Shown one piece after another: positions 15,555 to 24,300 of a stretch of 64,000 nucleotides of DNA. The stretch covers positions 97,932-161,931 of the forward strand of contig DAIDHS010000001.1 of the NCBI GenBank assembly GCA_027451985.1, in the 5' to 3' direction. The notes beneath the pieces were generated by a model that saw nothing but the letters and a program-made list of their open reading frames with translations, ran no database searches and was not told the DNA's origin. The DNA is from Elusimicrobiota bacterium (lineage in GTDB: Bacteria > Elusimicrobiota > Elusimicrobia > UBA1565 > UBA9628). Within the stretch, counting starts at the first letter, position 1. Each line of letters opens with the position of its first letter. The translations under genes and the position numbers were made by a program.

Positions 15555-18173
15555 ATGAAGCGAACAGCGACGGCGGCCCTGGCGGCGGCGATTTTTGCTG
15601 GCCTTTCCGGCGTGGCGCTCGCGCATGAAGACGCGCCCAAAAATCCTGAAAGTTCCCAAGGGACGCTGGAGACCGTGGTCGTCTCCGCTCCGTCCTATTG
15701 CGAGGAGGAAGGCGACGCGGCGGCCGCTAAAATGGCCGCTGGGAATATTTTCCTCAGGGACGTGCTCAAGCAGGGCATGCCTACCCAGTTCCCTCCCGGG
15801 GTGTCCGATTGTCTGGACCAATGGTTCGACGTTTCGTCCCGTTCGGCCGCGGATTTGAAGGTGGAGTGCGAGATGCTCTATTCGCCCAGGGGATCGATGC
15901 AGATGAGATCCGAAGCGGTGCGCTATGGGAAGGCGCATCATCTTACCGCAAAGACGCCTTTGGGTGCGCCGACACCGCAGGACTCCACGGCGCCGCTCCC
16001 GACCTTGGGTTGCGGTAAGATTGACGGGTTTTTGTCGGATTTGGAAAGCGAAGCGAAGAGGTTGGCGCCGAAGATTCTCGCGCAGCAGGCTGCGGAGGCC
16101 AGAAAGCAGGAAAAAGCGGAAGAGCAAATTCCAAACGCATTCTCTATCAAGAAATCTCCCGGCAGTGTGAACGCGGCTGGCGCGGACTCTGTCACACCAA
16201 TTAAGGCCTCAATGTCCTCTTTGGCCGATACCACATCCTATGTGATGGTTCCTGAACAAGACGCCGGCGACATGTATCTCGCCGGCGCGGAAAAAGAGAC
16301 GGTCTGCCTTCCGCCCGCTCAAGGCGGCAAATGCTGGAAGCTGGCTCTAAAGGTTGTCTCCAGCGTCGGAGCCGCGGACCAGGCCGGCGTCGGCAAGGTG
16401 GGAGATAATTACATCGCCGTGGTGGACTACACCAACCCGGAGCATATCACTCAGGTGACTTTCCCCGATGTAGTTTGCAATCCCGCGGGTTCTTCGCCGT
16501 GCAATAGTTTTGATTTATCGGGCGAAGGGAAAAAATACAAATTCAGCCTGGGCCGCGACGACGACGGAGGCCTCACGATTTTCCGCGCCGATTCAGGGCC
16601 GGCGACCAGACCGCCCAAGAAGAAAGGGTTCTGGGGCGGTATTGAGAACTTGTTCAATGACGTCAAGTACGATGTCGCCAGCATGCTCCATGGCACCACG
16701 CTGACGCCGGTGGCCTACACCTCAACAGCGCAGCTCTACATGGATCGCAACGACGAGATTCAAAACCGCCCCACCGCCCAAGTGACGCTTGGCGGGCAGA
16801 AATTCAACATCATCAGCCAGGGCGGACCGCGCGGATGCCTGCTCTTTTTTGCCGTGGGCGCCGACGGCGGCCCCATGACGACCAACGACGGAGAGTATCC
16901 GGGATACAAGCCGAACATGATGGCGTGCGTCAATCAGGCCGAACCCGATGGCGTGCCCCAGATGATTTCCGGTCCGCAGTGCCTGGGCAGCTTTCCGCAC
17001 GGCGACCAAAGGGATACATATTCCATTCAGTGGCTGCCGCATTCTGCGGGAGGGATAGGGAGCGATTATAAGATCAACAAGATCCCGGAAGGCACCGGCG
17101 CATGCGCGCCGCCGGATCCCGCAGGATCCAAGCCTGACAAGCCGTCGGGTCCCGCGAGCAATCCCGGAACCAATCCGACGCCGGCTTCGAACAACCAATG
17201 CCAGTCCGGAGAGGTGCTTCAGGGCAAGACCGGCAAATGCTGCCCTTCCGGCGAGCAGCTGAGCGCGGATGAAAAACAATGCGTTACGCCGGATTCCGGA
17301 CAAAACCAGTGCGAATATAATTTGAACGGCGAAAACGCCTCTGGCAACGCAAAAATGAAGGTTCGGGATTTGGGCGATGGCTATGCTCTTTATCTTGGAA
17401 CCTATGATGCGGGGCAAGGCACAAAACTGTATCAATCGTATGTTTGCGATGAGAGCCGTATGATACAAGTCCCGGGAGTGGTTTCCGGGAATGTTCAATC
17501 CAAGAACGGCGAGATCAGCATTACGGCGTACAATCTCGGATATGACGGCAGTGTTTCACCCAAAGATTTTGCGGACATGACCCCTTTCCCAGCCGCTAGT
17601 GACGTGGCCAAGAAAGGCTTTCCTGAGGATTTTGTGAAACTCAAGGATGGTCACGACTTGGAGTTCTCGAAGTATAATCAAGGGTCAAATGCACAGATGT
17701 CAAAAGCACAGATTTACAATCTCCCCGAGGACGACTTCGGAACTTCGGCGCCTAAAAAAGCGCTGCTGTCGCAAAATGTAGCGAGTTCGATCGTAGCCAT
17801 CGATCCGCTCAGGAACGAAGTTTCCGAGATCGATGTTTATCCGCGCGGGGGCAGCGTTACGGCGGCGGTCCGAAACGCCATCAATAATCAGCTTCAAAAT
17901 ATGGATAAAGATCAGGCAGCCGCCCTTCAAAACGATAAAAATGGAGTTTTGAAGGATAGTTTGGGATTGCTTCCCTCGGATGCGTCCGTGGAGATTCATT
18001 TCGTATCGGGGCAGAACGCGTCCCAGGCGACTGGTTGCAGCCCGGCCGTAACCGCTTCCTATAGTGCCAAGGGCAAGACTGTGAGCAAGACCCTTGTGGA
18101 TTACCAGTTCGGCAAGCCTGCCGTGACGCTGTCTCCGTTTATGGCGCGTTGCGAGCCGAAATCGAAGCCGTAG
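15555..18173 (+). CDS. hypothetical secreted Cys-rich protein
   Basis: 872 aa. Cleavable signal peptide MKRTATAALAAAIFAGLSGVALA. Many Cys pairs (CCPSGEQLSADEKQCVTPDSGQNQCEYNL; GKCWKLALKV; VVCNPAGSSPCNSF). No enzymatic motif recognised. Confidence 0.55.
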   Translation: MKRTATAALAAAIFAGLSGVALAHEDAPKNPESSQGTLETVVVSAPSYCEEEGDAAAAKMAAGNIFLRDVLKQGMPTQFPPGVSDCLDQWFDVSSRSAADLKVECEMLYSPRGSMQMRSEAVRYGKAHHLTAKTPLGAPTPQDSTAPLPTLGCGKIDGFLSDLESEAKRLAPKILAQQAAEARKQEKAEEQIPNAFSIKKSPGSVNAAGADSVTPIKASMSSLADTTSYVMVPEQDAGDMYLAGAEKETVCLPPAQGGKCWKLALKVVSSVGAADQAGVGKVGDNYIAVVDYTNPEHITQVTFPDVVCNPAGSSPCNSFDLSGEGKKYKFSLGRDDDGGLTIFRADSGPATRPPKKKGFWGGIENLFNDVKYDVASMLHGTTLTPVAYTSTAQLYMDRNDEIQNRPTAQVTLGGQKFNIISQGGPRGCLLFFAVGADGGPMTTNDGEYPGYKPNMMACVNQAEPDGVPQMISGPQCLGSFPHGDQRDTYSIQWLPHSAGGIGSDYKINKIPEGTGACAPPDPAGSKPDKPSGPASNPGTNPTPASNNQCQSGEVLQGKTGKCCPSGEQLSADEKQCVTPDSGQNQCEYNLNGENASGNAKMKVRDLGDGYALYLGTYDAGQGTKLYQSYVCDESRMIQVPGVVSGNVQSKNGEISITAYNLGYDGSVSPKDFADMTPFPAASDVAKKGFPEDFVKLKDGHDLEFSKYNQGSNAQMSKAQIYNLPEDDFGTSAPKKALLSQNVASSIVAIDPLRNEVSEIDVYPRGGSVTAAVRNAINNQLQNMDKDQAAALQNDKNGVLKDSLGLLPSDASVEIHFVSGQNASQATGCSPAVTASYSAKGKTVSKTLVDYQFGKPAVTLSPFMARCEPKSKP

Positions 18174-18277
18174 GCGCGGATACAAAACTTCCGGCTTTCC
18201 GCTAAATACTCCATAATTTCCCTTGAAATTTGTTCTTTTAGGGGTTATATACGAAACGTGATTTTGCAAGCAGGAGA

Positions 18278-18305
18278 AATAGGACTAAGGTCCTATTTTT
18301 TATTT
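18278..18305 (+). terminator. hairpin AATAGGAC-taag-GTCCTATT followed by TTTTATTT: intrinsic-terminator-like, or operator, between the 872-aa gene and the giant gene
   Basis: 8-bp perfect stem, 4-nt loop, U-tract, plus strand. Sits 105 nt after the upstream stop and 49 nt before the giant-gene ATG. Confidence 0.45.
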
Positions 18306-18353
18306 AGGCCCTTAGGCACTGGCTCGTCGGGTTCTTAGAGATACACTGATACT

Positions 18354-21300
18354 ATGGCGTCAAAATTCTTGGCGGCAGCGCTGGCCTTTTTGACCGCGCT
18401 TTTCCCCGGCCTCCAGGTCGTCTGCGCGCAGGCGATGAGCGCGGTCGAAATTCCCGCCCAAGGGAATATCAACCCGCAGAACATCTCCAGCCTGAATCTC
18501 TCGCTGAATCAAATCAACGACTTGATTCATTTGATCCAGTCGAACGAAGCGCAGAGCGCGGGTTCTCCGTTCGGTGCGAACCTGTCCCAAGAAGATTTCA
18601 ACCAGATGCTCCAGTACCTGGAGCAGCTTAAAGCATACTATGGCCACTCCGGACGGACGATGCCTCGGGCCGTGGCGCAACGGGTCCAGACGCTGATGCA
18701 GGATATCAAGAGCGGCAAGGTGGATCCGGGCATCGCGTTCGCCAATTTCTACGCGGGCACCGCGCCGGCGGTGGAAGCCGTCCAGACCGGGGACATCACC
18801 GAGAAGCCAAGTTATCCCAATGCCCGTGAAACCGACATCGTGCGCAAGGATTCCGTCACCGGGAAGGTGGTCTCTTATTTACGGAGCATCCAGGAAGACG
18901 CCGTGGTCCGTCTGGTCATCAGCAGCTTGCCCGATGCCTCAGCGCCTGGAGGCAAGGCGGTTGACATCATCGCGTTCGTGGGGCAGGAAGGCGCGGCCCA
19001 GGTCCAGCACCCGCTTTATAGCCGGGGCATGGAGATTTTGCTTAAGGCCCTGGTTAAGCTGTATTACCAGCAGCCCGATTTGCAGGCAAAAATTGACAAG
19101 GCCTCCGGCGCGGCCAAGGCCAAGCTCCAGGCCTTGTTGGCGGCGAACCGAAAAACCTTCCCTCCGGAAATTAATTCCTACCTTCATCATCTGGGGCAAA
19201 TCGAGAGCGAGAGCGGCGGATTGGCCGGCCACGACTGGACCGACGCGGACTATCAGGAATATGAGAAGGTCGCCCAGATCGCCCAGGACTTTTACGCCAA
19301 AAAAGAAGGAACCGGCCTGGAAAAGCGGGCGCTGGCCATCTTCACCAGCTACATCGCCATGGCGACGAACAGCAACCCCGTGCAGGAGAAAGACGGGCTG
19401 CAGGAAGGAGGGCTTGATGCCGAGCCCATGGCCCAACTGCAGAAGGCGCTGACCAGCTTTGAAAAGGGCCAACTATCCGGCTATAAAACCATCTTGTCCT
19501 GGCTCCACGACACGCGCATCAATTATGCGGATTGGCCGGCTCAGATCAGCCAGCAGGCCGCTGAAATCGTGGCCGACTTGGGATACGCTTCCTCCGACGC
19601 TGGCCAGGCCTTCGCGCACACGACAGGCTCCATGCAGAAAGGGAAAGCCGCGCAATTGGACCGGCAGGAGCACGAAGCCGCGTTGGCGGCCCGCAACGGC
19701 TGGCTGAACCTGTCCAACCTCCAAATCCTGTCGTTCCAGATGAAGATGTTGGCGATTGCCGTTGCCAAGCTCAAGTACGGTGACATGCGCGGGCACGTGG
19801 GGATTCAGGGCGATAAGAAAATGCAGGATGAGGCCGATCGCCTGATAAAGACGCTCGAGCAATACCTGATGCAAATCGAGGAATGCGTCAAGCAGTCGCG
19901 GGATAATTTAATGAGGCAGGCTATTGCCGGTTTTTACCTCGATTTGCAGAATGCGCAGATGAGCTATCTCTATGGCGGCGCCCTGCGCAATCAGGTTTTG
20001 GACATGGCGGCCAAGCTCGAGGAGATGGAGAGCCTCTATCTGTCCCAGCAGTTTGACAAGAAAATGACCGGCCTGCGCTCCGCTGATGAAAGTTCCGCCA
20101 TGGCCGGCAACGCTTACAAAGAATTCCTGGCGCATCTTCCCCCGGATGTCGTTCCGTTGGTCAAGTCCATGGATGCCTTGCAGGCCGAGCTGAAATCCAT
20201 CGCGGGCCTCAATGATTCAAAAGCGATCCGCCAAGCTCTCTGGCCTGTGTGGAAGCAATTCGCCGCCATTGCGGAAAAGCTGGGCTATCGGGGAATCCCG
20301 GATGAAGACACGGTGGACAAGGACTCCAAGGCTTTGTCGCTCAAACAGGCTAAGCTCATGCAGGCGGCGCAGCAATTCGCCATCCACTTGAACATGTTCG
20401 ATACGGCCAACCAGTACAACTTGATTCTTCTGCAAAACGCCAGTTCCCAGCGGCTGCCGGGCGTCAGCGATCATTGGTACAGCAAGTTGCCGCAGCGGGC
20501 GGAGGGAGCGGTGATTTCCGGCGGCGCCAAAGCCATCAACGGGGTGACCAACGCCGGCATTTGGCTCCTGAACAGGCTTCCCGGGGTTAATATCTCCTAC
20601 AAGCACATCCATGCCAGCTATGATTCATTGACGGACGCGGGCGTTGAGCACGATGGAACGCTGGTGACCGGTATGCTGCGCGGGGTGGGCGACAGTGTTT
20701 CCTGGAATTCCACGCTTTTCCACAACTTCATGATCCGCAAAGACTTGCGCGCCAAGATGCTTGATCAGCTTCGCGCGGGCGATTTCACTGGCGCGGAGCA
20801 GACTTGGGTCGACATAGACCCAAGCGGCGCGGCGCAAGCGTGGGACATGCACATCCGCGAGAAGGCTCCGGACGACAATCTTTACAATCTGGATATTGGA
20901 AAATTCGTGGCTCACGCTCCGGACGACAGGTTGATGGTGGAATCGGGGGGCGCCATGCAGGATTTGGGCATGATGCTCAAGCCCATCATCATGGCCTACC
21001 AGCTGACTTCGGCGGCCATTGATACGGTCGTCATGACGGTCGTCACGCTCGGTTTCGGCGCCGCAGTCGGCACGACATTGCGCGCCGTGGGCGGCGCGGG
21101 GGTGGCAATCGCCCGGGGGCTGGGCATGACCGCGGACGCGGCGGACGTGGCCGAAGGTCTTGGGGATGCCGCCAGAGCCGGGGAATTGGCCTCGGATGCC
21201 GCCGACGCGGCTGATGTCGGTGCTAACCTTGGGCAAGATGCTAAAGATATCGGAACGATCCGCCGGATTGCGTCTTCGACCATCGGATTTATAGGCAAGC

Positions 21301-24300
21301 ACTTGGAATCTTGGGGAACGGGCATGCGCAACGTGGTCGGATTGTCCGACGTTTCCCAAGGCGCGTCCAAGGCCGTCGTGCTGCGGCAGATGATCCAGTC
21401 GTCCGCGAAATTTACCGTGGGCAACGCGGTCATGATGTCCGGCGTTTCCGCGGGCATTTCAGGCGTTGACTATCTGCGCCATCCGGAGACGTCGAACGCT
21501 CAAAACTTCTGGGACGCGTCGCTTGAAGGCGCTATCGGAGGACTGTCCTTCGGCGCGCGCTCCGGCCCTCTGTTCTTGCTCATGCCGCAGGCTTCGGCAT
21601 TCGGCGCCGGGACCATGGGCAAGGCCGTTCGCGGCTTGGCTGATTCTCCCGGGCCTCTCAATGGATTGGTCCGCCTTGGGGCGAAGCTAATTCCTGGAGC
21701 CGCCGACACGGAGATTGGGGGCGCTTTGATAGATAAAGGCTTGTGGGGGTCCATCGGGACTTTGGGCGATTCTCCGCTTTTAGAGCAACTCGCGCGGACC
21801 TCGGCGCACTTCGGAGCGATGGTCGACGGCGCCTTGAAATACATGACCGCCAATTCGATTGCGGAGAATGCCGCGCAATTCGCGGCTTACGAGCGAGATG
21901 CCCACAAGACGCTTGGCGCGGCGGAGAAAAAACAGTTGGCGGACGAGGGATCGAGCCAACGCACTTACGCTTTACGGTCGGCTTTATCTGCGGGAGACGC
22001 TGCGGGACAAGCCAGTTGGTTCCTGATTCCCCAGAATCAAATGGGCAGCGCGAAGGATCGGGAACAAGGGATTACGCATGCCGGGGCGCTCAGCGAGATG
22101 CTTCATCAGGATCGCGGCCTTGATATCGAGATGGCGACCAAAGACCAAACGCTCTATGTTGATAAGCCGTGGCTCCAGCAATCCTGGAGAGAGCGGGCTC
22201 GCGGCCTGGGGAATTTTCTTTTCTCAAGCGAGCATAAGGCGACCGCGCCGCGCATGGAGCTAAAAGTAAGCGAGGCGGATCGGGAAGCGGCCGCTGTTGA
22301 GAGGATGAAGGATTTCAGCGGCGCGGATCTTTTGGCGGTCACGGAGGCGCCCAGGGATGAGGTGCGCGGGAAAGTCCTCGGGCTTTCCGATCTGAAAGGA
22401 ATGCTGGGCGGGGAATACGACGGTGCGCCCGAGGCGCCGCAGCCGGCAGGGAATGTCGTGGATATCTCCCAGGAACGCACTAGGCGCGGCACGAAGCAGA
22501 AAGCCAAAAAAATCGAAGCTGAGAGCGCGAGGACTTACGAAAATCTGCCTCAGCGGGATAAATTGGACGCTCAGAGCGTGCGCATGAGCGATGAAATTCA
22601 GGAGGCGGCTCGTTCCCAGCTCAAGAAGTGGCTTAAGAATAACCCGGATGAAATTGCGAAGATTCGGACGGCTGTGGAAGCGGAGAAAAACGGGAAATCC
22701 GGGAAATACATGATGCCTGATGGCAAAGGAGGAGAAATCGCCGTGCGCGGCGAGCCTTTGAAGAAGCTCGCGAATTTGGCGGCGCTGCAGGAAATTGCCT
22801 CCGGAGCCCAGCCCCGCACGGCGGCGGAAAAAACGAAGGCTTACTGGGAGCGCGTCAAGGATTCTTTAAGCGGCAAACCTATTAAGGACGGTTATCAAGT
22901 CCTGGTTTCCGATCTGCGCGGGGAGATCCACGGCGATACGGCGAAGGAAATCATCGATTCGACCCAGCAGGCGCTTCAGAACAGAATTGATTTAAGAAAG
23001 TCGCAAGGCAAGGAGAATAAGACGTGGGCGCTGGAGCAGGTCCGCTCGACCATAGAGTCGGATGCCTACATAGATTACGTCAACCGCAAGATGGCCGAGG
23101 ACATATCCGCTTACCGGAAAGGGAATCTTTCCGATGCGCAGCTCGACGCGGACGTTAAGCTATTCCGGGACGTTTGGGAGGAAGGCGTCTTCGGCAAGCG
23201 GTTTAAGAAGAGCGCGGACCAGAAAGGTAACGCGGTGTGGGATATCCCACCCGAATACCAATTCAAAGACGCTCACGGTCATCTCGTGACCAGTTTCAGG
23301 GATTTCCAAGCCGCCTCCATCGAATCGGTTATCAAGGATTTAGCGGCGGGACGCAATAAAATTTTCCGCCTTCTGGAAACGGGCGGCGGAAAGACTCTTT
23401 TAAGCTTCACCCTGCTAAGCCTTTTTAACACCATGGCGCAAATGAAGGGCCGCGAGGGCGCCATTTACGCGACGTCCAACGCGAACTTGGTCGCGCAGGC
23501 CAATGAGGCCTACCGGGCGTTTTTTAAGGGCCGCGAGGCGCCGTTCAAGATCGAAACCTATGAGCAGGTCATGCTGGATCAGGCGCTGGCCCAAGCCCAT
23601 GGGCGGCTGAGCCCTTACCAGACGCATTATGTCATCAACGACGAGTACGATCAATTGGGCACGCAGACGGCTCTGTCATTGGGTAGTCCCAACGGTCGAT
23701 TGAGCTTCCCATCCATCGATCCAATTCAGGCGGCCATGCGGGAAGGAGCCTTGGAGGCGCGCGGCACACTGCACGACGAGTTCGGCGGAAAGGATTTGGA
23801 TGAAAAATCCATTGCTGAGCTGCAAAGGGAAAATCCAGCTTTTGCGGCGAAGATGGACGCGTTGAGCGCGCACACGGCCAGCAATATTCAGGAAGCCATC
23901 CGCCGAGTGAACTCGAAGGCGTTTAAAGCGCAGGTGCTGGATATCCACTCTGAGCTTTACCGAAAAGCGCAGGCGAAAGGGCAGATTCCAGAGTTTTCGT
24001 CCGTCGCAGAGTATGAGGCATATTTCCATATGACGCCGGAGCAGGTTTACGGCACGATGCAGAGGGAAGTTAAGCACGCTTTCGGCGAATACGCGTTGCC
24101 CGGCTGGGTGCAGACCGCTTTCCATTGGGCGCACCTTGATCTTCCCATGCCTGAAGCTCTGCAGAAGGCGACAAAGAGCCGGACTTTTATGGCCGGGTTG
24201 CCGCTTGACGCGTTCGTTAAGGTCGGGGTGATTGAGCGGCAATTCGGCAGTCTGCAAGATTGGATCAAGGATAACCTTGAGGGCGCCTATATCGTGGGTT

